Shown: positions 1 to 8,794, counted from the stretch's first letter. The stretch is DNA of 64,000 bases from Alphaproteobacteria bacterium (GCA_965222575.1 OZ244958.1:768001-832000), one strand, 5' to 3'. Program-made: numbers and translations. Notes: a model not told the origin generated them from the letters alone.

Positions 1-402
1 TTAGGACATGAGAGAATCTCACAAGCAATCAATCAATGCAACGGACAACTTCTCTTCATCCAACCCACTATTATCCAACAGCTTATTGACGCCTATCCTT
101 ACTATGGCAAAATCTCTATCCCTAAAGGCACTTACAACCCTCTTCATCAAAAAATTGAGACCTTTGGCTTGTTTACCACTCTTATTACTAGCAAAGATGT
201 CAAAGAAGAGATTGTCTATCTCATGACCAAAACTGTCATGGAGCATCTCTCTTTTTTGAAATCTCTTGATACTAGTCTTTCCTATCTTGCGGCTCAGAGT
301 ATGTCTCGTGAGGGTATTGCTGTGCCTTTGCATAAAGGGGCTTTGAAGTATTATGAAGAAATCGGCTTACTACCCCCGGTACCCCCGGCTACAGAGCCGT
401 GA
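1..402 (+). CDS. TAXI-family TRAP transporter solute-binding protein, C-terminal part (5' truncated by window)
   Basis: Frame 1 is open from base 1 (LGHERISQAINQ...YPYYGKISIPKGTY...). It ends in the typical TAXI signature VY..TK...VPLHKGALKYYEEIG. Confidence 0.85.
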   Translation, partial: LGHERISQAINQCNGQLLFIQPTIIQQLIDAYPYYGKISIPKGTYNPLHQKIETFGLFTTLITSKDVKEEIVYLMTKTVMEHLSFLKSLDTSLSYLAAQSMSREGIAVPLHKGALKYYEEIGLLPPVPPATEP

Positions 403-519
403 GTACTGTAAGATAGGGGCGGTGTTTTTCTTTGCTTGTTCTGTGGGGAGTGTGTTATTCTGGGGTCTCCTTGAGTACTAGACTTGGGGGCGGATTTTTT
501 GTGGTAGGGTGAGGGTGCG

Positions 520-1692
520 TTGCAACAGGTTTGTGTTATTGGAGCAGGTCCTATTGGGTTAGCGTTCGCTTGTTGCTTAGCCCAAGGGACTGTGCGCTGT
601 AAAGTCAAGGTGTTGGAGAAGAGGGCGGAGGAGGAGATAAGGTCTCCGCAGTGTGATGGGCGGGATATAGCCCTTACGCAGGCATCCAAGGAGATACTGG
701 AGGCTTTGGGGGTGTGGCGGGAGATATCTGGGCGGGATATAGCCCCTATACGGGAGGCACGGGTTTACAATGATGGCAATGAAGGTGTGTTGCGGTTTAG
801 TCCCCATAGGACATCTGACTTAGGGTTTCTTGTACCGAATAGAGTATTACGGCGTGTGTTGTACAGGGAAGCCTTGAAGAGGGACAATATTGAGATATGT
901 TCTGGGACTAGTGTGGGGGAGGTGCGTACTGATGAAAAGGAAGCGTGTGTATTTATTGATGGTGAGCGAGACCCATTGAGGTCTGCTTTGTTGGTTGCGG
1001 CTGATAGTCGTTTTTCTCCTGCTAGGCAACAGATGGGCATTCCTGTTGCCATGAAGCATTTTGGTCGTGTGATGGTTGTTTGCAGGCTCAATCACGAAAA
1101 AGAGCATGGCAATATTGCCTATGAATTTTTTCAACGTCAAGGTCTTACCTTAGCGCTTTTGCCTTGTAGGGGGAAACAATCTTCAGCTATAATCACTGTG
1201 GATACAGAGGAGGCGGACTTTGTCAAGACCATGCCGGAAGCGGAGATGGGTGTGTATCTACAGGAGAAGTTTCAGCATTTCTTAGGGGCAATGACTCTTG
1301 AGGGGAAGCGTTATACGTATTCTCTTGTTGGAGTTTATGCTAAGCGTTTTGTTAAGAGGCGTTTTGCACTCATAGGCGATGCGGCAGTGAGTTTACATCC
1401 GGGGACGGCACATGGGTTCAATTTGGGGCTACGCGGTGCGCACTCTTTAGCCCAAACTGTCTTAAAAGCTCATGACATGGGAGAAGATATCGCCTCTCCT
1501 CTCTTTCTTAAGCAGTATCAAACACATCACGCTCGGTTTGCTTGGCCACTGTATTGTGCTACGAATGCTTTTATTGGGCTTTATACTTCAGACCATGCTG
1601 TGGCACTTAGGGCGCGCGCGCTTTTCTTGAGGGCTGCTAATGCTTGTACCCCTATCAAGTCGAAAATTGTCGATTTTTTAACAGACGTATAA
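520..1692 (+). CDS. ubiM: FAD-dependent ubiquinone-biosynthesis hydroxylase, UbiM-like
   Basis: GAGPIG Rossmann motif, DGRDIALT, AADSRFS..R and LIGDAAVSLHP.TAHGFNLGL motifs typical of the UbiM clade. TTG start. Confidence 0.8.
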   Translation: MQQVCVIGAGPIGLAFACCLAQGTVRCKVKVLEKRAEEEIRSPQCDGRDIALTQASKEILEALGVWREISGRDIAPIREARVYNDGNEGVLRFSPHRTSDLGFLVPNRVLRRVLYREALKRDNIEICSGTSVGEVRTDEKEACVFIDGERDPLRSALLVAADSRFSPARQQMGIPVAMKHFGRVMVVCRLNHEKEHGNIAYEFFQRQGLTLALLPCRGKQSSAIITVDTEEADFVKTMPEAEMGVYLQEKFQHFLGAMTLEGKRYTYSLVGVYAKRFVKRRFALIGDAAVSLHPGTAHGFNLGLRGAHSLAQTVLKAHDMGEDIASPLFLKQYQTHHARFAWPLYCATNAFIGLYTSDHAVALRARALFLRAANACTPIKSKIVDFLTDV

Positions 1693-1753
1693 AGCGGGTC
1701 TCATAAGATTTTTTAATCTTTTGAAGGCTATGGTGTAAGCGCCTGTTAGCAAG

Positions 1754-2992
1754 TTGGCGGATGCCATGGTCTCTTCAAAATTTTGGATACTAGGAATCTT
1801 ATCATTTCCTGTAGGCATTAGCCTTGGTCTTTTTTCCATAGGCAGTGATGCGAGCGTTCATCAGTGGCTTAGTGTGCCGGTGGCTCTTTTTTTGAGCTTC
1901 ATGACGACGCTAGCGTTGCCTCTCATGATTCTGTCTTTTGTGCAAGTCCCTTTATTAGCGGACAACATGCTTTCCCCGTTCAAAATAGCCTTGAGCTGTT
2001 TTGTATATTTTCTTGTGACGACTATTATTGCGGTTTTAATAGGGCTTACGGTGGCAAAGATTGTACAGCCCGGAAAGTCTGCGCAGCTTCATCAGTCCCA
2101 TACGAGTTTGAGTGTGGAGAAAAAACCGCTCCCTTCTTCTCTACCGGGGCGTCTTCTTTCAGGCATTGGGAAAAATCCTTTTGTTCAGTTCTTAAAGCAT
2201 GGGGTCTTGGATATTATGCTGTACTCTTTAACGCTAGGGATTTTCTTGCGTCTTTTTTTACAACCGCAGTCTCTTCAATGGATGCTCACAGTATTATCTC
2301 TTGCACAACGCGGCATCATGGTACTGGTAAATGGAGGCTTGAAGGTCTTGCCTTTGATTATTATCTTTTCTCTTGCCTCTATGGTTGTCTCTTTACAATG
2401 GAGTATGATACCCTTGGTTATCTGGTATCTTTTCTCCTTTTTTCTAGCGGTTTTCTTTCTCTTTGTCTTTTATAGTGTGCTATGGCAAAGTGTGGTCAAG
2501 CAATCTCCGAAAGACTTTTTTCGTCGTATTAAGGAGGTACAGCTTGTGGCATTTATCACGGCTTCGTCTTCTAGCACTTTGCCTATTTCTATGAAAGCTG
2601 CTGAGCAGAAGCTTGCCCTGCCCCCTTTTATGACCAGAGCTGTTATTCCTTGGGGGATTCATATGAATATGGATGGTACGGCTTTGTATCAAGCTGTTGC
2701 GACTGTGTTTCTTGTGCAGGTTTTCGGCATATCTTTAGGCTTTGAAGAGCTATTGTTAATTCTTATTACCACTGTTTCTGCTTCCATTGGGGCAGCAGCT
2801 ATACCGGGGGGTGGGCTTTTTATTCTCGCCTATGTTCTTTCCTCTATTGGCGTACCAGCAGCGGGTATTGGCATTATTCTCAGTGTTGAAAAATTATTGG
2901 ATATGAGTCGTACCACTGTTAACGTGACGGCTGACTTGGTGTGCTGTGGGGTACTCAATAAGATTTTTAGGCGATCTGTAAAATCACCTTAA
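1754..2992 (+). CDS. Dicarboxylate/amino acid:cation symporter (DAACS, GltP-like)
   Basis: Multi-TM protein with TASSSSTLP, NMDGTALYQ, SIGAAAIPGG and LDMSRTTVNV motifs. The start may be ATG at 1766. The 3' end overlaps the convergent tdh. Confidence 0.9.
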   Translation: MADAMVSSKFWILGILSFPVGISLGLFSIGSDASVHQWLSVPVALFLSFMTTLALPLMILSFVQVPLLADNMLSPFKIALSCFVYFLVTTIIAVLIGLTVAKIVQPGKSAQLHQSHTSLSVEKKPLPSSLPGRLLSGIGKNPFVQFLKHGVLDIMLYSLTLGIFLRLFLQPQSLQWMLTVLSLAQRGIMVLVNGGLKVLPLIIIFSLASMVVSLQWSMIPLVIWYLFSFFLAVFFLFVFYSVLWQSVVKQSPKDFFRRIKEVQLVAFITASSSSTLPISMKAAEQKLALPPFMTRAVIPWGIHMNMDGTALYQAVATVFLVQVFGISLGFEELLLILITTVSASIGAAAIPGGGLFILAYVLSSIGVPAAGIGIILSVEKLLDMSRTTVNVTADLVCCGVLNKIFRRSVKSP

Positions 2993-3995
2993 TAGCTTTT
3001 CTCTTTAGCAACAGGTCAAAAGCCTTCTCATAGTCCTCTAAGGGGAACTTATGGGTAATAATGTCTTTGATGTCCAGTCCTTGTTGGAGTAGGCGCAACA
3101 TTTTATGCCAAGTGGCAAACATTTTGCGTCCATAGATTCCTTTGATATGAGCCCCTTTGAAGATTAAGTCATTAAGAGGCAAAGAGACCTCTTCAGAGAA
3201 GAGTCCTAGGAGAGCGATTTTTCCGCCCGGCATGAGGGTTTTAATCATCTGGTGTAAGCCGTTTTTAGCGCCTGACATTTCCAGTCCTCTTGAGAATCCG
3301 TCCCTGAGGTCTAGTTCTTCCATGACCTTTTCCAGAGACTCTTGTTTGACATTGACAGTTCTGGTGGCGCCCATTTTTTCGCCTAGTTTCAGGCGTGTCT
3401 CGTGGAGGTCTGTGAGGACAATGTGTCGTGCCCCAATGAAGCGACAAATGGCTGTAGCCATTAACCCAATGGGGCCTGCACCTGTGATGAGCACATCTTC
3501 CCCTATCATGTCATAAGCTAAGGCGGTATGGACAGCATTCCCTAGAGGGTCAAAGAGGGCAGCGATATCATCGGAGATGGTATCTGGCACAGGACAAACA
3601 TTAAAGGCGGGAACGCTTAGGAATTCGGCAAAAGCCCCATTTCTCCCAATGCCAATGCCTTGGGTGTGGGGACAGAGGTGTTGACGTTGTTCAAAGCGGC
3701 ACAAGCGACAGCGTCCGCAAACGATATGTCCTTCTGCTGAAACCCGTTGACCAATTTTCAGTCCCTTGACCTCTTGTCCGATTTTAGCGATTCTGCCGAC
3801 GAATTCATGACCTATAATGAGCGGCGGTTTGATATGCTGTTGTGCCCATTGGTCCCAGTTGTAGATATGGACATCTGTTCCGCAAATGGAGGCTTGCGTG
3901 ATGTGTATGAGGACTTCCTGCGGTGTGATGCTAGGGGCTTCAGTGGTGGAAAGCGTGAGACCTGCTTGCGCTTTTGTTTTGAGAAGAGCTTTCAT
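2967..3995 (-). CDS. tdh: L-threonine 3-dehydrogenase
   Basis: ICGTDVHIYNWD, GHEFVG, four-Cys structural Zn site, DPLGNAVHTAL, GAGPIG and GIYGRKMF. Likely start MKAL at 3995, directly after the kbl stop. Confidence 0.95.
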   Translation of the reverse strand: MKALLKTKAQAGLTLSTTEAPSITPQEVLIHITQASICGTDVHIYNWDQWAQQHIKPPLIIGHEFVGRIAKIGQEVKGLKIGQRVSAEGHIVCGRCRLCRFEQRQHLCPHTQGIGIGRNGAFAEFLSVPAFNVCPVPDTISDDIAALFDPLGNAVHTALAYDMIGEDVLITGAGPIGLMATAICRFIGARHIVLTDLHETRLKLGEKMGATRTVNVKQESLEKVMEELDLRDGFSRGLEMSGAKNGLHQMIKTLMPGGKIALLGLFSEEVSLPLNDLIFKGAHIKGIYGRKMFATWHKMLRLLQQGLDIKDIITHKFPLEDYEKAFDLLLKRKAIKVILQIA

Positions 3996-3996
3996 A

Positions 3997-5211
3997 CTAG
4001 AGAATATTGAGGGTTTTCCCAATGCGTTCTAAGATGTCAACAGCCCTTGAGAGGTCTTCTATGGTGTGAGCGGCAGAGATTTGTGTGCGTAGGCGCGCTT
4101 TATGGTGAGGGACTACAGGATAGGAGAAAGCGGAGACGAAAATGCCTTCTTGTTGGAGAGCTTGGGCGAAGGTTGAGGCGGCGTGTGCGTCGTACACCAT
4201 AATAGGGATGATAGGGTGGTTGCCCGGTATGATATCGAATCCGCATTTTGTGATGTTTGTCCGAAAGTAGGCGGTATTTTCTTGGAGTTGTTTGCGTAAC
4301 GCTTTGCCGTCTTTAGCGATTTGAAGAGCTTTGAGAGAAGCTGCTACAATACAGGGGGCTAGAGAGTTTGAGAAGAGATAGGGGCGTGCCTTTTGTCTGA
4401 GAAGAGCAATGACCGCTTTTTTTCCTGCTATGTAGCCGCCGCACCCGCCGCCGAGGGCTTTCCCAAAAGTCCCGGTAAAAAGGTCTATTTTGTCTGATAC
4501 CCCCAAGTGTGATGCCGTACCGGCACCATCCTCTCCCATGAATCCTACGCCATGACTATCATCTACCATGACAGAAGCGTTATAGCGTGCCGCTAAATGA
4601 CAAATGTCTACCAAGTTTGCTATAATGCCATCCATAGAAAAAACACCGTCCGTTACAATTAAGCAATGCTCTGTCTCCTGTGATGCTTGTTTTAAGAGTG
4701 CCTCTAAGGAGTCCATATCGTTGTTTTGGTACCGGTATCGTTTGGCCTTACACAGACGTATCCCATCGATAATTGACGCATGGTTGAGAGAATCAGAAAG
4801 TATGCCATCTTTTTCCGTTAAAAGCGCCTCAAAGACCCCGCCGTTGGCATCAAAGCAAGAGGAAAATAACAGGCTGTCTTCCGTTCCTAGAAACTCACTG
4901 AGGGCTTTTTCTAATGCCCCATGGAGGTCAAGGGTGCCACAGATAAACCGTACGCTAGCCATACCGAATCCATAGCGTTCTAGGGCTTCCTTTGCTGCGT
5001 TGATTAGGCGGGCATCATTGGCTAATCCTAAGTAGTTATTAGCACACAGGTTCAGCATTTTACGGGCTTGTCCCTTCTGCTTCCCCTCTTGATTTTCCAG
5101 TGTGAAAACACTGGCAGATTGTGGTGAGAGAATCTGTAACTCCTGTTTTAAGGTTCCTTGTGCTTTAATTGTCTCTAAAGACAAGGTTGCCCGTTTCACT
5201 AATTGAGACAT
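3997..5211 (-). CDS. kbl: Glycine C-acetyltransferase (2-amino-3-ketobutyrate CoA ligase)
   Basis: CANNYLGLA, GMASVRFICGT, SCFDANGG, DGVFSMDG, TFGKALGG (PLP Lys) and RPYLFSN. Likely start MSQL at 5211. Operon with tdh. Confidence 0.95.
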   Translation of the reverse strand: MSQLVKRATLSLETIKAQGTLKQELQILSPQSASVFTLENQEGKQKGQARKMLNLCANNYLGLANDARLINAAKEALERYGFGMASVRFICGTLDLHGALEKALSEFLGTEDSLLFSSCFDANGGVFEALLTEKDGILSDSLNHASIIDGIRLCKAKRYRYQNNDMDSLEALLKQASQETEHCLIVTDGVFSMDGIIANLVDICHLAARYNASVMVDDSHGVGFMGEDGAGTASHLGVSDKIDLFTGTFGKALGGGCGGYIAGKKAVIALLRQKARPYLFSNSLAPCIVAASLKALQIAKDGKALRKQLQENTAYFRTNITKCGFDIIPGNHPIIPIMVYDAHAASTFAQALQQEGIFVSAFSYPVVPHHKARLRTQISAAHTIEDLSRAVDILERIGKTLNIL

Positions 5212-5270
5212 GACTTCTCTTTGCCTTGTTATGGCTATTTTCTCCCTAGTATAGCAGTTCGTGACAAACA

Positions 5271-5304
5271 CAACAACAAAACTCAGGCAACAACAAAACT
5301 CAGG
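5271..5304. repeat. Perfect 17-bp tandem duplication CAACAACAAAACTCAGG x2
   Basis: 5271-5287 is identical to 5288-5304. Confidence 0.9.
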
Positions 5305-5346
5305 AGAGGAAAGAGGGAGGAGAGTAGGGGATTTGTAAGACTATGT

Positions 5347-5478
5347 CTTGCATGGACACAAGACGGACACCAAGCTCATTAGCTTTATGCCGGGTGGGAA
5401 AACTGAGGAGGAGAGGATTGTATAAAGACTTGGCTTGCATGGACACAAGACGGACACCAAGCTCATTAGCTTTATGCC
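5347..5478. repeat. Two identical 45-bp direct repeats, 87-bp period
   Basis: CTTGCATGGACACAAGACGGACACCAAGCTCATTAGCTTTATGCC at 5347-5391 and 5434-5478. The sequence upstream of each copy is also partly similar, so this is a decaying 87-bp tandem duplication. Confidence 0.9.
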
Positions 5479-5603
5479 TTCCACCAACGATTGGATTAGG
5501 AGGGGGCTTAACCCATGAAGAGTGAAGCCTATGACGGATTGATAAGACGGAAGTCCTTACCCTATGGAGGTGAAGAGACTTGCCTTACCCCCCCCTTAAG
5601 GGT

Positions 5604-5765
5604 TCACTTCATTTCCCCTTCTTCCATCATTTCCCCTTCTTCCATCTCCATTTGGTCTTGCTGGTAGCCGTCCTCCATGCCCTTGTCTTTCTTAGAGAGG
5701 AAAAACCATCCGACTGCTAACACTCCAACAGCGAGAACAACCCAAAGTAGTATCCTATTGTTCAT
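5604..5765 (-). CDS. Small single-TM membrane protein, 53 aa, Met/Glu-rich tail (MNNRILLWVVLAVGVLAVGWFFLSKKDKGMEDGYQQDQMEMEEGEMMEEGEMK)
   Basis: Translated by hand. AAGGAG RBS upstream, ATG overlaps the stop of the upstream paralog (ATGA), hydrophobic helix present. Below the ORF-track cutoff. Confidence 0.8.
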   Translation of the reverse strand: MNNRILLWVVLAVGVLAVGWFFLSKKDKGMEDGYQQDQMEMEEGEMMEEGEMK

Positions 5766-5914
5766 ATTTTTTCTCCTTGAATCTCTGAAGTGAGGCGCAT
5801 TTCTTGACTATCATTGTCAGCGTTCATCTTGTTTTTATTAGACAAGAAGAACCATCCACCTATGACTACCACGACGCCAATGACGAGTACCCATATTAGT
5901 GTTTTATTGTTCAT
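5762..5914 (-). CDS. Small single-TM membrane protein, 50 aa (MNNKTLIWVLVIGVVVVIGGWFFLSNKNKMNADNDSQEMRLTSEIQGEKI)
   Basis: Translated by hand. AGGAG RBS upstream of the ATG. Clear paralog of the downstream 53-aa ORF (MNN....WV...GWFFLS.K.K). Confidence 0.8.
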   Translation of the reverse strand: MNNKTLIWVLVIGVVVVIGGWFFLSNKNKMNADNDSQEMRLTSEIQGEKI

Positions 5915-6067
5915 AGTTTAATCTCCTATATGTTCAATTGATACACTGCATTAGGATATTATCAGAAAAAATGCGGTTTGTTAAGTTTTTATCAAAATTT
6001 TTATTTTTTAGGGGAGAAATTTTAGGGGGATAGAGGGGTTTAGCTGTTAATTTTTGGGGATTTTTAG

Positions 6068-6076
6068 TGGTATAAT
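6068..6076 (+). promoter_or_regulatory. Possible extended -10 promoter (TGgTATAAT) for the tRNA pair
   Basis: Perfect TGnTATAAT about 60 bp upstream of tRNA-Arg. Confidence 0.35.
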
Positions 6077-6133
6077 GGAGGAGAGGAAAAGCTTTGGTGT
6101 GTGGTGAAAATTGTGGTATGTAAGGAGGGAGTG

Positions 6134-6207
6134 GCACCCGTAGCTCAGTTGGATAGAGCACTGCTTTCCGGAGGCAGGAGTCAGGGGTTCGAGTCCTCTC
6201 GGGTGCG
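6134..6207 (+). tRNA. tRNA-Arg(CCG), no encoded CCA
   Basis: GCACCCG/CGGGTGC acceptor stem, TAGCTCAGTTGGATAGAGC D-arm, anticodon loop TTCCGGA, GGTTCGAGTCC T-arm. Confidence 0.93.
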
Positions 6208-6210
6208 TAA

Positions 6211-6285
6211 GGGCAATTAGCTCAGAGGAAGAGCACTACGTTGACATCGTAGGGGTCACTGGTTCGAGTCCAGTATTGCCCACCA
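6211..6285 (+). tRNA. tRNA-Val(GAC)
   Basis: GGGCAAT/ATTGCCC acceptor stem, anticodon loop TTGACAT, GGTTCGAGTCC T-arm, CCA end followed by a T-tract. Confidence 0.95.
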
Positions 6286-6298
6286 GTTTTTTTCTTAA

Positions 6299-6316
6299 AT
6301 ATATATATATATATAT
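6299..6316. repeat. (AT)9 microsatellite
   Basis: Read directly, just downstream of tRNA-Val. Confidence 0.9.
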
Positions 6317-6478
6317 AAAGAGTCTGTAAAGGAAAATCACGCAAGTTTCCGCAAAACGCGAGGCTTCATCCCTTGATATAAAGGGGGAGTACCTTCTTGA
6401 CGACTTTACCTATGGGGCAAATGTAGGCATGAATAGACTGTTTATTGAGTACGATAAACATGTTATAGTAAGGTTGTA

Positions 6479-6598
6479 GAAGGGTAAGGTTTTTTATTCT
6501 CCATGTATTTTTTTCCTTACCCTTCAATTCAACAGGACATAGAGACTGAAGTGCCTACAGCCTCCCCTCCATGACGGGCTTAGGAGGGGTATACCCCT
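6479..6598. other. Structured intergenic element (possible sRNA or terminator)
   Basis: Perfect 11-bp inverted repeat GAAGGGTAAGG (6479-6489)/CCTTACCCTTC (6515-6525). Also a CCCCTCC/GGAGGGG hairpin (6564-6589) overlapping the 14-bp palindrome AGGGGTATACCCCT (6585-6598). Confidence 0.4.
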
Positions 6599-6694
6599 GT
6601 GGTCTTTGAGATTCGGGGGTTTTCACTCTCCTTAACAGGCTTATGAGTCTGCTCATCAGGGGACTTTTTAGAGGGGCCTTGAGATTGGTTTTCG

Positions 6695-8689
6695 TTAGCG
6701 ATGCCTTTTAGGCAGATCTTCAGAGATTTTTACGTGTCGATCTTTAAGCACAAATTCTTGTTCTAAAACCTCTCTGAAAAATGCTCTCCCTTTTTTGATA
6801 ATAGAGGGTGCGTGAGGATTGTATTTCTCGTCGATCTGAAGCTGTTTGAGCAGGTTCTGAGGGTCATCTGACTCTCGCTCTATACCGACGGCGTCGGCGA
6901 AATGTTCCGGGGAGGAAATATCAACATCAATGTCTTTATCCTGAAAGCCTCTATATAAGGAGAGCCACAAGTCTGGGTTTGCTGCCCTTGCCCGTCTCAT
7001 GCGTAGACCTATTTTTAGGCTCTCCGGAAACTCGAAGGGTTTCTCAAGCGTTTTGCCTTGAAGGTCTTCCAATTTGGATTCTTGTTGGATTTTGCCTATG
7101 TCTATGTTTTTTATTTTGGCTAACTTGGCGAGTGTGCGGACGTCATAGAGCATAAGGGTAGCAGGACTGATCTTCGCGCGAGAAACTAGTGTCTTTAGGT
7201 CTATGCCGGCCTCTTCGGCAAGGCGGAAGATTTCCTGTTCACGTTGATCATATTCGCTTTCTGAAATATTTGGCACTTCCATTGTTTCAGATTCCTCAGA
7301 TAGAGTGGGTTCGGGGCTGAGGTTATAGCGATCAGTTCCTACAGCAGACCCCATTTTGCGAAAAAATGTTGGTTCTTCACTGAGTGCGTTTGACATGGCT
7401 TTGAGAGCGGGAAGGTCTTGGGCGTCTTTGAGAACCTGTTCTTTTCCTGTGTCGGTATTTAAGAGCTCTAGCTGTTTTTGTATCTCCTCCTGCTTTCCAA
7501 AGAGCCCCTGTCTCTCTTGAGCATGGTCAAGCTTTGTGAGCAACTGATGTTCCGATTGTAGCTGTTGTTTTTGTCCTTGTTGCTTTTGTAAGTCTTCTTG
7601 TGTGTCTGCGTATTTTTTTGTTATTTCTTGCTCTTGATTGATGAGCGCAAGCCCTTCTTGGTTTTTTTCAAGTTGTAAGAATTCGTTTTTCAGAGGGGTG
7701 CGAAACCCCTCTCGGATAGTATGGTTTTGCGCTTGGAGACCGGTCCTTTGCTCTTTACACTCCGCCGTTTGGGTTGCCCATTTGTCAAGGGGTAAAAACC
7801 GGGCAAAAAAGGTCTGATTAAAACGCTTGACTCGTTTCTCTAAGGTATTTTCCCGTGCTTTTAGGGTGTTGATGTTCTGAAGATTTTGTTTGAACTCCTT
7901 ATGCTTTGGCTTCTTTTTATGAAAAAGATTTTTGACATAGGTTTCTTCGTTCTGTAGCCCCTTTTCTTTATCATGGATGAATTTTTGCGCTTCTTCCTGT
8001 GATAATTTCAGAATCTCTCCGTCAAATTCTGAGAGATTCTGCTTGATATCTTGTAACTGCGTCTCACACTCCTTCATTGTATTCTCATTTTTTTGCATGT
8101 TGCGCTCAAGCTTGTCCAGTGCCATTCCATGCGTTTGTGATGTGCCCTGCATACTCTTTGTCTGTTGCGTAAGCTCTGCGACTTCCTGTTGCCACTGTTC
8201 CTGTGTTTTCCCCTCTTCTTGTAATTGTTGCTCTATGTGTTCTAGTGTCTCTTGACATTGTTGGGGTGTTGTCAACTCCATGACATGAATATCTCTATTG
8301 AGTGTATCAAGTAACGCTTTTTGTTGTTTAACATTCACCTCCATTAGATACTCCTCAAGTCCATCAGGGGTATTGTCCGGTTGTTGGCCATGAAAAAGTC
8401 GTTGTACAACATCTTGGAAGCCAAAGTTTTGATAATCGGGCAGCTTTTTGAGAAAAGGAGGGGTTTTGTTTCCGCCGAAGAAAGAAGCCCCTCTAGCCAT
8501 GGCAGCAGAGGCGGGCGATGAGGGTTGGAGTGCTTGCGGGCGGAGAGATTTTTCTTCTCCTAAGGCGTGTGTTTTCTCTCCCTTGGCAATCTGTACACTG
8601 CGTCCTTTGAACGTGCTAGTTTCTTCCTTTTCCCCTGTATAGGAAGTATTAATGTGAGAGGTTGGTTGCAGGCTAGTTATCGGTTTCAT
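6695..8689 (-). CDS. Hypothetical 664-aa coiled-coil protein, candidate secreted (type III-like) effector
   Basis: Long intact ORF with a Ser/Thr/Pro-rich unstructured N-terminus and an FKGRSV motif. Long Q/E/K-rich heptad region. No signal peptide or TM segment. Function is inferred. Confidence 0.75.
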   Translation of the reverse strand: MKPITSLQPTSHINTSYTGEKEETSTFKGRSVQIAKGEKTHALGEEKSLRPQALQPSSPASAAMARGASFFGGNKTPPFLKKLPDYQNFGFQDVVQRLFHGQQPDNTPDGLEEYLMEVNVKQQKALLDTLNRDIHVMELTTPQQCQETLEHIEQQLQEEGKTQEQWQQEVAELTQQTKSMQGTSQTHGMALDKLERNMQKNENTMKECETQLQDIKQNLSEFDGEILKLSQEEAQKFIHDKEKGLQNEETYVKNLFHKKKPKHKEFKQNLQNINTLKARENTLEKRVKRFNQTFFARFLPLDKWATQTAECKEQRTGLQAQNHTIREGFRTPLKNEFLQLEKNQEGLALINQEQEITKKYADTQEDLQKQQGQKQQLQSEHQLLTKLDHAQERQGLFGKQEEIQKQLELLNTDTGKEQVLKDAQDLPALKAMSNALSEEPTFFRKMGSAVGTDRYNLSPEPTLSEESETMEVPNISESEYDQREQEIFRLAEEAGIDLKTLVSRAKISPATLMLYDVRTLAKLAKIKNIDIGKIQQESKLEDLQGKTLEKPFEFPESLKIGLRMRRARAANPDLWLSLYRGFQDKDIDVDISSPEHFADAVGIERESDDPQNLLKQLQIDEKYNPHAPSIIKKGRAFFREVLEQEFVLKDRHVKISEDLPKRHR

Positions 8690-8794
8690 GGCACATGGGG
8701 TTCACAGATTAGGGATACCCCTCATTTAAAGCATAAAAAAGTTATTCAGAAGTAAGTGTTGTGTCTCTTCAGGAGAAAAAGAAAGGGGGTGACG

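Noticed and set aside
1754-2992. DAACS transporter as the threonine importer for kbl-tdh
   Set aside because: It is convergent rather than co-transcribed, and it keeps the TM8 Arg (LDMSRT) typical of acidic amino acid/dicarboxylate carriers.
5271-5310. Glycine riboswitch-like words (AACTCAGG, GGAGAG) upstream of kbl
   Set aside because: They are on the strand opposite to kbl, and no aptamer stems can be formed.
5347-5478. Mini-CRISPR array (45-bp repeat, 42-bp spacer)
   Set aside because: Only two copies, the 'spacer' resembles the sequence before the first copy (tandem duplication), the repeat is not palindromic, and there are no cas genes.
5343-5525. 60-aa ORF with an internal repeat
   Set aside because: By-product of the 87-bp DNA duplication, with no protein-like features.
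5934-6161. 75-aa minus-strand ORF
   Set aside because: Overlaps tRNA-Arg antisense and low-complexity promoter DNA.
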